A DNA stretch of 64,000 nucleotides from Mytilus californianus (taxonomy: Eukaryota), in contig NW_026262604.1 of the NCBI RefSeq assembly GCF_021869535.1, forward strand, positions 18,786,001-18,850,000. The letters run 5' to 3'. Numbering within the stretch: the stretch's first letter is position 1; each line of letters begins with the position of its first letter. A model generated the notes under the pieces. It saw only the letters and a list, made by a program, of their open reading frames with translations. It was not told the DNA's origin and did no database searches. Made by a program: the position numbers and the translations under genes. This document shows, one piece after another, positions 1 to 13,700 of the stretch.

Positions 1-939
1 TGGTGCGTTCGAAATGCTTTGCGGAGTTTCCTCCACCAGGAGCTCTTTTATTGAAATCATTAAAAGCCAGGGATGAATAAATACTTTGAAACCTCAGAAA
101 TTTATTTATTTTATACAATATTATTATCATTCTCCTGTGTAATATGCTAAAAGGGATATCGTATATCTACTGTCTGTTTGCATGGTTCATTGTTGCAACG
201 GCTTTGCTGTAGGACATTCTTATTTTGCATGTTGTGTGTATATCATTTTCGAAATGCCCATATCATTAATATCTAGAATTAAATCATTTGTTGATAGAAA
301 ATCGCTTTAGAACTAATATCATTTGCCTTAAATTTTGGCATTTGGGGTTAGCGGTTTGATTAATTTTTTGTTGTGTTTTGAAATTGTTTGTCTTTTAGCC
401 GTATTTCTCTTTCCATGGTGTTTCTTTTTTGCATCGACTTAGTCTTTGATCTCCCTCTTTTAAACTAGGAGACATTAAAGTACTTAGAAAAAGATGAATT
501 AGAACAGTAAGTATTTAAATTTCGCAACCCGTTATGCTGTAGGCTGGTAATTGTTTCCAATTGTAGTAATTTATTATAGGTTTAAAGCTCTTCCTACATT
601 GCGTGCAAAAATTAACTCCAGAGGGCTTAATTCTAATGTCCGAAAAAAATTCCTTAATAGGTTTTCAACCGAAATGGCATTCCAATATTTCTCAATAAAA
701 TTCAACATTTATGACAGCACGTGCTTTTCATGACAATTTCACAACAATGCATACGAAAACAAACGAAACATTTGCAATAACTCGTAATTTCATGGTTGTA
801 GAATACAAATTTAATTATGAGAATTAAATGCTATTTTTTGTATTGAATCCGCGCTTCGGTCAACGCTTTTACACCCCAATAAAATTACAAAAGAAAACAT
901 TTAATTCTATATTGAAGTCATGTGAAATATATATGTCTA

Positions 940-1290
940 CAGAATAGGGAAATCACAAAAATACTGAACTCCGAGGAAAATTCAAAAAGGAAAGTCCCTA
1001 ATCAAATGGCAAAATCAAAAGCTCAAACACATCAAACGAATGGATATCAACCGTCATATTCCTGACTTGGTACAGGCATTTTCTTATGTAGAAAATGGTG
1101 GATTTAACCTGGTTTTATAGCTAGCTAAACCTCTCACTTGTATGACAGTCGCATCATATTCCATTATATTGACAACGATGCGTGAACTAAACAAACAGAC
1201 ACAATAGGTAAAACTGTCAAAAATAGGGGTACAGCAGTCAACATTGTGTTATCATCTTAATCACTATAAAAACAAACAAATGTAACAAAG
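940..1290. repeat. Dispersed repeat (probably Penelope-like-element derived), with an opposite-orientation partial copy at ~36095-36230
   Basis: aaatactgaactccgaggaaaattcaaaaaggaaagtccct...cacatcaaacgaatgg...tcatattcctgacttg recurs as the reverse complement at ~36095-36230 and degenerately at ~6595-6690. Boundaries approximate. Confidence 0.55.
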
Positions 1291-1817
1291 AAGCACAAAA
1301 AGGAAATCACCAGAGGCCTTATATTCAGAAATAGTAACTACAAGTCTTTTATATTCCAAATACAAAAGGTTTTTTTTTTCTAAATGCAAATTTTAACATA
1401 TGGGGTCAAACGAATACAAACCACAGTTCAATCACACAATAACTACAAAAACCAAGAAATTACCCCAGGCCAACTTTGCCTGCGGGAGTTGTCACCTTAG
1501 TTTCTCATACAAACGCACTTTAATCTATAATATGAACTTTGGAAATATTAGTTTACCTGCTAATCAACGAAAAAGAAGTTTTGATTTGTATGTTCTAAAA
1601 GGCTTTATGAGAATTGAACATCGGTATACTACTGTTGTTTCTACTTGAATATACAAATCTTAGAAAAATAGAGGGAATCGAGACTATTGACGTTCACAGT
1701 AAAAGCATCTCCTTTTTTGCATAAACCAAACGCTGTGTGAATCCGGTTTCAAATCAGACTAATATACCCTTAAATATTGTATAAAACATGAATATAACAA
1801 TTTACATTTTGTTTTTC

Positions 1818-1853
1818 TTCCGAAGCGCTTTTCTGGATTAATCTTCATCAGGA
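1818..1853 (-). ncRNA. Minimal type I hammerhead-ribozyme-like motif (degenerate)
   Basis: Minus strand reads TCC-CTGATGA-AGATTAATCCA-GAAA-AGCGCT-TC-GGA. Core, palindromic stem III and a short stem I are present; stem II is weak. Confidence 0.4.
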
Positions 1854-2497
1854 TAGCTCAAACAACACATAACGAAAGCCACTGATTTGTAAATATTTGA
1901 AAACACGAAGAGCTAATATATGACCACACGGGACCCAAAAGAATAGCTAAAATCATCTAAGGTCAACTGTTCATGAGGGAATTGAAACTTTAGTTTCTGA
2001 TAACGACGCATTTTATTCTGATAAGGAAATGCACCAATGAGCTTTCAATTTGGAAATTTTAATCTACCTGCTTTGCAATCGTGAATTGTTTCTCTAAAAC
2101 ATATTATATGGATATTGACATTCATTCTGTCTTTACTTTAATTCATTTTGATTATTGTAAAAAAGACCACGATATGTTTGTACTACGTTTTCGATAGCCT
2201 TGTGAGATAGTATATAATATGAGATATAAGCCAATTTATATATCGCTACCTTTTGTGAATGGGAACAATTATTACAATGAACCTATTGAATTTTTTAATT
2301 CCATTTCAACTGCACTTTGCATATTAGTTCTGATCCATATGAATAGGTATATGTTAATTTTTCTATTTAGTCATCGCAAGTAAATTTTTGTTGATACAGG
2401 AATTTCAGCTCTGAAACGAAAATATTCTATGTAGCAAGTTGTGGATGAAAAATACAATTTAACAGTTATCGAACCTACTGCTTATTCGAAAGTTGCC

Positions 2498-5400
2498 ATG
2501 GCAGATCCTGTATACGAATGCTGTAATTTTGAAACCAAAATGAAAATTGAAAATTTTGCAAAAAGAGAAGTAGGAGATAAAGTTCAATGGTCGATGCTTG
2601 GATGTAGTAACAAGTCACCAGTGAAATTTGTTTCTTCAGAGGTTTGTATGTTATTTGTAGTTTTACACCGTGTTCAATTATATGGTTAGGATAAGTATCA
2701 CCCGATTAAACATTACGTTCTGGATATGTATAATATATTTGCTAATGGGCGCTAAGCAAACAGCAACAAACAATCAACCAATAAAATATAAACATATTTA
2801 TTAGCAATATTTTACTCTTATCAACTCATTCTGGCAATAATGTAGAACGGAGAGTTATATGTAACTCGTTGTGAGTTAACTTGTTTTCCACACAAAAATC
2901 AGCTCGATTGAATATATTTACTTTTACAGATAATTTAATAGGAATTTGTTGAACAGTACAGAACGCGCTTTGTTATAATCTGGTCATTGTTTCAAATCGC
3001 TCATCATGATAACACAGAAGGTTAAATGCAAAAATCCGAACAATTTGCGTGGAAGGTCTTCAACTTAAAAACATGTTAGCACACTCCTATATCAATAAAA
3101 ACTGTCGAATTGCTTGAATTGATATCTAATTAAACAATCATGTAAAATATATGCATATCAAAACCAAAAGGAGGCTTTCATTCCAGATGATTAATACTAT
3201 TTTTCAATTTCAGCCTTATGAGACAAACAAATAAAAACAATGCGTGATTCGATAACATAATTGTTTGAAATAAAGAATTTAAAACAAGTATACACATTTA
3301 GCAAGCGAGGCGAAAGATACCAAAGGGACATTCAAACTCATAAGTCGAAAATAAACTGACAACGCAATGGCAAAAAACTAAAAGGACCAAAAGACAAACA
3401 ACAGTATATAAACACAACATAGAAAATTAAAAACATCTTCTGTATAGAACTTACAGATATTTTGACTACAACTGATCATGTTAAAATGAGAAATTGAAAA
3501 AATGGTACCTATTGCAATATTTACATACCCTTTAGGAAGAGTAAAGGAATCTCAAATTCTATCATTTAATCCAAAAATGGAAAAAGTACCAAACACCATC
3601 ATTTTAGATCTTGGCATTAATATTCAGATATAGCTTGAAAATCAAGCTTTATATACAAATGATAATGTGGGTAAACTATATTTCTGATGAGATCATGGTT
3701 CATTTTTTTTTTCACAAATACATTAATACTATGTGACATCTTTGTACTACCAAAGGAGGAGATTATCACAAGGGACAGAAAATCACCACAAGTAAAAAGA
3801 AATGCAAACAAACACCATGTCAAATGAAAAAAAAAAAAAACGACCAGATAAAATCACGAACCCAACTAGAAACAAACGGTGAGGTGATATGCTCCGGAAG
3901 GATAGAAGATCCTGCTCTACTTCTGGCACTCTCGTGCAGTGCATGACAAGTCAAACCGTGTCTGTTTAAATAAAAAGTCCTGAATTCACAAAAAGAGATA
4001 GGGACTATGGTTACGATAAGTATAACCATGATAATATATGTGAAAAGAGGAGGAAGCTTCAGGTACACAGCGGAACATTAAAAACAATAGGTTATTTGGT
4101 GGTATTCGTCTTGCTCAATCTTTATTTTTCTATGTTAATTTTGTGAACTGTTGTTTGATTCTTCGTCGTTTTTCCTTTTTTGGCCATTGCGTTGTCAGTT
4201 TGTCTTCGACTTATGTTTTTGAACTTCCCTTAGGTATCTTTCGCATAATGACTGGGAGATATATACTCCATATGCTTGCCATACTGGAATAGTGCTACAT
4301 TAAAACTAAATGTCACCCTCTTTTGTTGTAAAATCGTTTCACAACCTCATTGATGGTTTCCCCTCACTACAATGGTCATAGATTCAGTTAACATGGTCAT
4401 CAGACTGGATTATTCATTGAAAACATGTAATCATTATGCGAAAAAAGAAGTCAAAAGATAAACACAGCTTCTTAACAGACATTTTTGTATTTATAGAGAA
4501 GATAAAATTGAAAATGGAAACGGGGAATGTGTCAAAGAGACAACAACCCGACCAAAAAGCAGAAAACAGCCCAAGGCCACTAATGGGTCTTCAACACAGC
4601 GAGAAAATCCTGCACCCGGAGGCTGGCTTCTGCTGGCCTAATACGATATATTCTGGGTCAGTAATTCCATATATATCGTATTGGGTCACTAGCACACTAT
4701 GTAACTTAAAATATTTTATTTTCAATTCGTGTTAAAATGCTTTTTCGTCATATATTTAGTCCTTTGTGCGATTATGCCGTTTTAGTAAAAACTAGGTTAA
4801 GTTTCTAAATGACAATAGATAGAACACATTTGTTATATATTTATTGTTCATTTAAGCTACTTTTTTGTTATTGGATTTAGTTAGTCGTTAGTCCATTGTA
4901 ATTCCAATTACAAAAGAGTAATTCAATTAATAAGACAAACAATACAATTTTATGGTAGGTTAGTGTTACTTAAAGAAATTGTGAAGATAAATATACATAA
5001 CGATAGTTATTTATCAACGGAGTGGTTATTTGTACGGAAATTGTTGTACACTACCAGTAAGACTTGTCGTTCTAAAAGAGAGGCGAAAGATACCAAAAGA
5101 ACATTCAAACTCATAAGTTTAAAATAAACTGACAACACCATATGCATGGCAAAAAAAGAAATAAAAATCCTAAAGACAAACAACAGTACACACAACACAA
5201 CATAGAAAACTAAATACTGACCAACACGATAACTATGAAACAAGTGTAAAAATTTACTAAGAAAATCATTATTAATTATCAGTTGATCCAGGAAATCATG
5301 ATAGGAAATACAAGCACTGAAAAATAGTATCAACTGGGAGATGTATACTCCATATGCAGGCGTTGATGGAATATTGTTCCATTAAAATGGAAAGTTCACA

Positions 5401-8400
5401 ATTAGGATGCTGAAATCATCTCTTTTATGTTAAAATTTGCTTCTCAACTGATCCTCATTGTCATGTTATAGAAAAAAAAACGAAACGAGAGCAGAATCGA
5501 TTGTGTAAAAAAATATTTTATGAATATATCATAAGTCATACGAATATTATACTGTTTGGAAGGTTGTTTTCTAGAAATGCCCAGGGAATCCAAAGTATAT
5601 AGATTTCACTTATTACTGTTTTGATGAACATTAGATCTTTTTAGTGATCACAATATAGTACTTTTTATATAGAGATGAATTATTTAAATGATAATACCCA
5701 TTTAATACAAGGCTGTTTTGTCTAACCTCATAATGCATATGAACTTTTTTTTTACCGTAAGTATCCACTGTAATTTTCAGATATAATGGTCCTGAACATT
5801 TTAATTTATTTCAGTGTTGTAAATGTGGATGTAATGTCTTTTATCCGATATGGGCTACATTTTGGTTGTTGTACCATGTTATATGGATGTTAGTTGACTT
5901 TTCGATAAAAGAAACAGAAAAGAAGAAATCATATTTCATTTATCTAACACACTGGGGATATTTGCTGCTTATAATATATAACTTTATAGACTGCGTTGTA
6001 ACTTGGATCGCGCACTGTAAAAAGAAGGAAAGTTTGCAACGTGAAGGCAAGTGACATATTTAAAGAGATTAATCGGGTGTATGACAAAAACTTCTTGTGT
6101 TTTGTGTTAATCATTAACAAAAATAATTTTGAATATAAAACTAAACATTTAAAATAAGGAAAGACGCAAACTAAGTAAACATAAGTAAAAACAAAAACAA
6201 GGACACAAAACATTAAATCATAAACAATCCGAATAACACAATATTACCCCCTTTTCCGACAAATATAATACGTATACAAACTAAAAGACAAAAATCTGAA
6301 AAACTAATTCTCATTATTAAATGTTACAACTTTTCACACATTTTCAAATCCCTCCCAAACTTCTTCGAGTGGAATAGCGATATGGTTACACCCAAAGAGA
6401 TTATGATATCCTAATTTTTCATTATCTATATACAAAAAAATCTAATATTTCAACTTCCTGAGCATACAAAATATCACAAACAGGTACTTTTACAGACTTT
6501 CGATTCTGTAAATTTTGTAAAAAGAAGTCACACGTGACCCAATAACATTTCCACCTCGACAACATTTTATAAGTGGAAGGTGATCTCAGGAAAAAGTGTT
6601 AACAAAAATACCGAATTCCATTTCAAATTCAAAAAGGGGAAGTCCATAAAATCTGACAAAATCAAACGGTAGACTTTATCAAACAACAAAAGAAACTGTG
6701 ATACATCCCCTGACTACATACGTGAGTACAATAAAAACTCTATGATAGCTCCAGTTTTATTAGCAAATTAATGCAATACCATATGAATATTTCTAGACTG
6801 TTTTCCGGGCTATTTATTTCCTATATTATTATGCATATTTAAACTACCCACCTTCCAATGGCATATAAACTATTAAGCGAACAGTAAAACTGTTGTTTTT
6901 TTCGCATTTGTAATTTCAATCCACTGATGTGAGAGCCCGAAGTAATGAGAACAATCTCAAATATTTATCAGACTATAGTTTTGATTGGACTTTTTGCATT
7001 AGAGTATTTGTGTATTTAAAAAAGGTAGCAGCTTGTTATATCAAACACCCAAACATTGCATACCAGTATATTAAATGTATGTGAATCGATTAATTGGCGG
7101 TCCTATATTAGTAACAAGGCTTCCAGATGTGCTTTGAATTTTTTCGATTTGGCTCACCTTGAGGTTTACGAAGTTCAAGGCTATATAGTACCAACACCTC
7201 GCATCCTTGAACCAAGTGTTGGACATTAAATATCATTCGTTCGGTAATTACGAGGATACGTTTGACCGAGTTGGAGAATATATGAAATCTTTTCGTACAG
7301 ACCCCTTATCTCAGAAAATAAAAGTAGACTAATATGAAACTTAATCTGAAAATACTGGTTTTCCTAAAACAGGGTATACAACACAAAGAAATATATAAAA
7401 AACAACAAATACAAAACAGGAAAATAACACAAAGAAACAGCAAATCCCTTTATAACAGAAACAGGAATGTTAATCATTTCCTGCTCAACAAGTGGAAATC
7501 AGCCACTGCTGCTGTAGGTTTGTTCCCCGATGGTTTTACAAGCCCACAGTTGTCAGCCATTGCTGCTGTAGGTTTGCTCCCCGACGGTATTACAAGCCTA
7601 CAGCAGCAGTGGCTGATTCTGTAGGTTTGCTCCCCGATGGTATTACAAGCCCACAGTTGTCAGCCACTGCTGATGAAGGTTTGCCCCCCGATGGTATTAC
7701 AAGCCCACAGTTGTCAGCCACTGCTGCTGTAGGTTTGCTCCCCGATGGTATTACAAGCCCACAGTTGTCAGCCACTGCTGCTGTAGGTTTGCTCCCCGAT
7801 GGTATTACAAGCCCACAGTTGTCAGCCACTGCTGGTGTAGGTTTGCTCCCCGATGATATTACAAGCCCACAGTTGTCAGCATTTCTGTTTTGAAATGAAA
7901 TATCATGACATGGTCATTACGTTTTTCTTATAATCAACTGTTCCTTAAACTTTGAATTTTTCGAAATACTAAGGATTTTTTTCCCGAGGAATAGATTATC
8001 CTAGCTGTACTTTTCGGAATTTAGGGGCCTCAATGGTCTTTAACTTCATACTTTATTAGGTTTAACTTTTTTGGGATTCGAGCATCACTGATGAGTCTTT
8101 TGAAGCCGAAACGCGCGTCTAACGTTCAAAATTTAAGGGGTGGTATCTAGGAGGGTTTTTTTTGGCAATTTTTAAATCTTGTCACGTAAAATTACATCAG
8201 CATTTTATATATCGTTGTAGATATTAAGATGCCATGGTATTTGAAGTTGTCTTGGGTATTATTTAATACAAGTCATACAGCTGCATTGTGTATCACACCT
8301 GGATATTATTTAGCAACAGCTCTTTCTGATGAGATGCAAGTATGTAAGTATCTATGAGAGTAGCTTACCTGTGTGATTCTATGAAATTTAATATTATTTG

Positions 8401-9451
8401 TCAACTCTTTATCTATGTTTTGACTCCATGTTTTAATGATTCCGTTCAAAATAGAAGCAGATAGATTGAAGAATTTTTTAGCATTCTTTATTAAACAAAC
8501 GTTAGAATAAATAATGTTATGCTATTTTTAAATGAACTACGTATGTCCAAATATTACAATAAATAAATATATTATTATTTCGATCGCACTGATATTCACC
8601 CATGTTAGTATATGCCATGTTTTGGTAATATTTAAGGGGGTACCCAACATTTTGACTAAAATAGATTTTGCTGGTTTAATTTTCATAAAATTTTTACAAA
8701 ATAATTACTTTGACCTGTTGACAAAAATATCAAAATTTCAAAATAATTTGAACCACATAATTTACAGGAATAATTTCATTTGGTATATAGCAGTTTGACA
8801 AACACTAATTTTTATCATTGAGAAGCTTGATTTCACTCTACTAATACATGTAGTATGTGATTAAAACGTTCAGCTGATTTTTGTAGAGTTAACTCCTTTA
8901 TGTGTTCTGTACCCCATTTTTTTTCTTTTTCAGCTTTAAGTCCATCAGGTATCGAGTTTCATGCAATAAATTCGGGGTACGTCGTTTTGAATATGTTTGT
9001 GTGTGCAAAAGAAATTCGTCTACCACATGTGACGTATTCAATGATATTTGGATCTATATATGAAATGTTTTCATTGATTTACCAACTTGGAATTGATAAT
9101 GATCCTATATATCCACCATTGGATTGGAAAGACACAGTAAAGACTTCAGTTCTTGTAACCTTAGGCATTGTCGTGGGAATTCCATTAATAAATGGATTGT
9201 GTATTTTCGGATTGTACAAACTTCGCATCTGTTGTCGGAATCTCTGTAAAAAGTGCTGCGAAAGCAACAATTGTTTTCATGAATCCAGAATGTGTTGTGA
9301 TGGACCCAGAGCGTGTTGTCATGGAGCCAAAGTGTGTTGTATGGGATCCAAAGTTGCAGACATTTCCAACACGGAGAGAAATGGCGGAAGCATTGTGACA
9401 AACACAACTAGAACTAACATAACGATGGTTTCAGCAGTCGAAGATGTTTAG
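2498..9451 (+). CDS. rost: Protein rolling stone-like multi-pass membrane protein, paralog 1; exons 2498-2641, 5815-6046, 8221-8343, 8934-9451 (338 aa)
   Basis: Exon phases join in frame (144+232+123+518=1017 nt). ATG context is gttgccATGG. Motifs KFVSSE|CC, YFIYLTHWGY, MPWYLKLSWVLFN, IEFHAINSGYVVLN, HVTYSMIFG and IYPPLDW are typical of rolling-stone-like proteins. Intron 2 uses a GC donor (AAG|GCAAGT). Confidence 0.85.
3303..3430. repeat. Dispersed repeat (gaggcgaaagataccaaagggacattcaaactcataagtcgaaaataaactgacaac...)
   Basis: Similar copies at ~5075-5235 and ~51645-51870, and reversed at ~4085-4235. Confidence 0.7.
7500..7880. repeat. 54-bp minisatellite, about 7 units, in intron 2 of paralog 1
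   Basis: Unit gccactgctgctgtaggtttgctccccgatggtattacaagcccacagttgtca is visible directly. Confidence 0.9.
7930..8160 (+). mobile_element. Solo pLTR-like repeat of a Penelope-like element with a hammerhead motif (8083-8124)
   Basis: aatactaaggatttt...CATCA-CTGATGA-GTCTTTTGAAGCC-GAAA-CGCGCG-TC. Homologous to 17450-17660, 32850-33056 and 33430-33655. Confidence 0.65.
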
Positions 9452-9814
9452 GGATGTTCGCTCCTCTTGTTTTTGAATTTTTGCCAAATATTTGAAATCT
9501 TCTGGTTTTATCCATGTAGGGCCATTGAAAAATTTGCTAGCTAGCCCCTACTTTTCTTTTCATATTTTTATTACAAAAATCTTATAAAATTCTTGTTATT
9601 TTTTCAGTTTTTGAAAGAAAAAAGGTACCAATGTTAAATTTATGAAAAATCTGGAGAGGATCATTTCTCGCCAAATTTTCAATGGCTTATATCTAGAAAG
9701 CAAGCTCACGTACCCTTCATTTTTTCTGCTTTTTTAGGTCCTTTATTTATATACTATCAATTGATAACAGTGTTTTAAAAAGTTTGTTATTTTGAAACAA
9801 AGTAGCGAACGTCC
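9452..9814. mobile_element. Kolobok-like MITE (GG...CC ends, TTAA target) inserted at the stop codon of paralog 1
   Basis: Terminal inverted repeats GGATGTTCGCT...AGCGAACGTCC. Right flank TTAA (9815-9818); left flank TTAG overlaps the stop codon. Related copies at 21755-22112 and 30511-30859. Confidence 0.65.
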
Positions 9815-10257
9815 TTAAACTAAGTTCTCTTTGACATTTTACATGAAAATGGCATGATTAATACGTTTTTCATGACATGAGAATTTATTATATCCCGAAG
9901 GACAAAATCTAAAATTAGGTTACTTTTCTATGCGTTTAATAGAAAAACAGATATCATTATTCTTAATCGATTATACCTTATTTATCAACTTTTGATATTA
10001 TTTTTCGGAAAGTTATTTTTTTCCGATTCGATGTGATATTGAATTTAAGGTCGAGGTACAGTAGATGGTCTATATCACAGAAAATTTTGCATATAACTTG
10101 TGCGTTGAATTATAACTGAAAATCGATAAATTAGTGTATTTATTCCTTGTATTTTCTGAAATATTTCTGATTGAATTCTTTAAAAAAGGTGAAATATATG
10201 GACTTGAAATTGAAGATTTGACGACATAAAGTCAAAGTTAAGAACGTTTTTTGCCAG

Positions 10258-10538
10258 TTATATTTAACATTGCCATAAAAGCAGGAGGTTTGGCTACCCA
10301 TAACACCAGGTTCAACCCACCATTTTCTTAAAATGTCCTGTATCAAGTCAGGAAAATGGCCATTGTTATATTATAGTTCGTTTCTGTGTGTGATACTTTT
10401 TAATGTTGTGTTTCTGTTGTATCGTAGTTCTCCTCTTATATTTGATGTGTTTCCCTCAGTTTTAGTTTGTAACCCGGATTTGTTTTTTCTCAATCAATTT
10501 ATGAATTTCGAACAGCGGTGTACTCATGTTGCCTTTAA
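10258..10538. repeat. Dispersed ~280-360 bp repeat (PLE-associated)
   Basis: ttaacattgccataaaagc...tcaggaaaatggcc...gtaacccggatttg...gaacagcggt...gttgccttta. Copies at 27144-27433, 35640-35998, and reversed at 33061-33420 and 33655-33745. Confidence 0.8.
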
Positions 10539-10723
10539 TTATGTGCTTTCTATACAAATGATTACCTATTATGAAAGAATTCAATCAGTAATATTTAAGA
10601 AAGTAAGACAGATAGATGGATAATGTTTTCGATTTTCAGGTATGGTTTAGGAAGCCAAACTTGTATGCCTAATTTTACCAAAATCTATGACATAGCACAA
10701 GAACTATGAATTACTTTGCAATG

Positions 10724-13700
10724 TTAAGAAATATTAAGTTGCAAGAAAGCAACTTACAGTAAATCATTTCTAAAAATTAATAACATGCCACCTAAGTGGA
10801 AGTAGTAAAATAGATATTCCCGAACCGTGTAAATGGATTGTTGGCCATATTGGCCAATTGATAACTCGTAAAAAGGCAGGAGTAACATATCAAAAGTACA
10901 ATTCTAATATGACGTGCTTCTTTAGCTTTGTAAACAAACCCATGATCGAAATCCAATTAAATTTGTTTGAACATGCGTATATTGACTACTGCAGAAAAAT
11001 GAAATTTATCAAATTGGCATGCATTTAATATATTTCATTAATTTCAAACACTTTTAAACTATTAAATGATGCACATTTTGTTACTAATACTTTTAAAATG
11101 ACAACAATGTGTTACAATTCGCAATTTACATATTTGACCTAGATACAGCAACGTTCATGTTGGCCGTTCAAAACCCCTCCCTCTGAAAAAACACATTGCA
11201 TATATCGTCTGCTTGTTTACAAACAAAATGGAATACGCACGGACAATACCGTTGCAAATTGGGCTAAAAGTAGACCACAGAGGACAACTTTATAAGATTG
11301 TAGACCACCACAGACAAGAACATTCTGTTGTTCAATATGTAATTCAGTCTTTGTCATCTGGACAGACCAAGAGAGTATTTAGGCATGAAATTTGCGATGC
11401 CTCTGTCACTTCAATGTTTAATCGCCTCACAGAAGAAACCATATTCCAGTTTGAGCATGAGAGTTCACAATCAGATGACGAACTATCATCCATAACTTTC
11501 ACTCAAGGTGTACCTGAACCAGTGGTAGAATCAGAACCAGTGTTAGAACCAGAACAATTGTTAGAACCAGAACCACCTCTAAAGAAACCAAGGTTCAAAG
11601 AAATAATGCCAAGCAGAGAGCACATAGATATGCTGGCTCAGGCCAGAGTGGAAGAGACAACTAAGCAACAAACTGATTGGGGAGTGCGCCTTTTCAGAGG
11701 TAAAAAAAAATTACTTGTACACAACAATATACTATCATCGTATTATGGGTTTTCTTGCTATTGAAAAAGCATGCATATAACAATTTCATTCGAAGTACGA
11801 AAGATATGATCTGACGATAAATAAAGTACAGGTTATTAATACTGTAGTACTGAAATGACAAAATTGTTTCATATATAATAAAATGGATTGAACCTAGCAG
11901 GGAATCGAACCCTATTCTCCTATTAAAAAAATAGGCGTAATTATCAATATACCACCAAGGTTTCCAATCCATTTACAAATGCAACAAGATGGTCATTCAG
12001 TTTAAATTTTAATTGTCATTAAAAAAACAAATCATGAACTAAAAATGTATCCATGATCATTGCATGTCGTGTGTATATGTACTACAATAAGACTATTCAG
12101 GAAGCTCAAATTTTAGATGAATATTGTGAATTTCAAGACAATGATCCAATGACGTAAAAAATATGTTTATCTTAAACCTCTGACTACACCACGCATTAAT
12201 AAGACCTTTATTTTTTAATTTGTTAGCTTACATTTTTTCAACCTGAAAATATTTGTATATATTAGTATTTTAGTATTTAAGTTCACAAAGTTTGAAAGTC
12301 CCTTTTACACGTGTATGTATCAATCTAATATCTAGTAAAAAATAAGCATGAAATTTAAAAAAATTTTTATGAAAGTGTTGAAAAAAATTTGGTCTGCGAA
12401 TCGGTTAACTGATAAAATAAAATAAAGAATAATGGCCTCAAAACATCATTCCTTTCCAAATTTGCATATTACAAATTTTAAAGTGAATATTCACATTAAC
12501 TTTAATAGTAAAATAATTTTAAAATTATAATTTCAGGATGGTTGACAGAAAGACAGAAAACCAATACAATGACAAGTTTGAGGAACTTGAAAGATCCATA
12601 TTAAACGACAGATTAAGCTTGCAAACAAAGAAAGGGACAGATTATTCCAAATCTGCATTAGTTGGAATACGTGCAGCAATATCCCGTCATCTCACAAGTC
12701 CACCATTTAACCGTAATGTTAATTTAATGAAAGATAATGCCTTTATGACATCTAATCATGTAATAACGGGAATGATTAAAACCCTCAAGAGAGACGACAA
12801 AGATGTTACGGTGCACAAAAACCCTGTAGCTGAAGGAGACGTACAGCGTTTGTGTTCCAGTGGGGTTTTTAACACAGATTCACCAGTAACACTACAAAAT
12901 AAAGTTTTCTGGGACTTGATGTTAAATTTTGGTAGACGAGGACAGGAGGGGCTAAACAGCTTGAAAAAGTCATCTTTTGGAAAGTTCAAAGATGACAAGG
13001 GTCATACTTACTACAAAATGACATATAACGAGGCCAATAAAACTCACCATGGAGTTGATTCCCATGAAAACCGTCAAGAGCTCCGTATTTATGAAAAATC
13101 AGAAGATATAAACTGTCCAGTGGCAAGTTTGGATTTTTATTTATCTAAATTGAGTCCTAAATGTAATGCATTGTTTCAGCAGCAATTGCTTTATCCAAAA
13201 CCAAATTGCTGGTATGCTAATCAAGCAATGGGGAAAAACAAATTGAGTTAAATGATGCCAAGGATTTCAAATGAAGCGGGCCTTTCCTACAGATACAACA
13301 ATCATTGTATTAAAGATACCGTTGGTACTGGACTGAAACGCGCCGGGGTCGATGATTTAACTATCATGTTAGTAACGGGTCATAGAAACATTGAATCGTT
13401 AGAAAGTTACGTTGCTGGACCATCAGATGCACAAAGGCGTGCCCTTTCATCAACTTTACAGGGTGTAGCTACCGCAAGTAATGCCAATTGCAATGAATCC
13501 GTGTCAAAGGGCCCCTCCTGCCAAGTCGCGAATGTCAGCACTACTTTGTCAAGGAATCCTCTATCAGATATGAACATATTCACCAATGCTACAATTTCCG
13601 GCGGCACATGTACGATTAATTTAGTAAATAAAGACTTACCTGATTCCTCGTGTGCGTCCACCGCCATTGACAACTGACTTGTAAATGTGTGTTACAGAAA

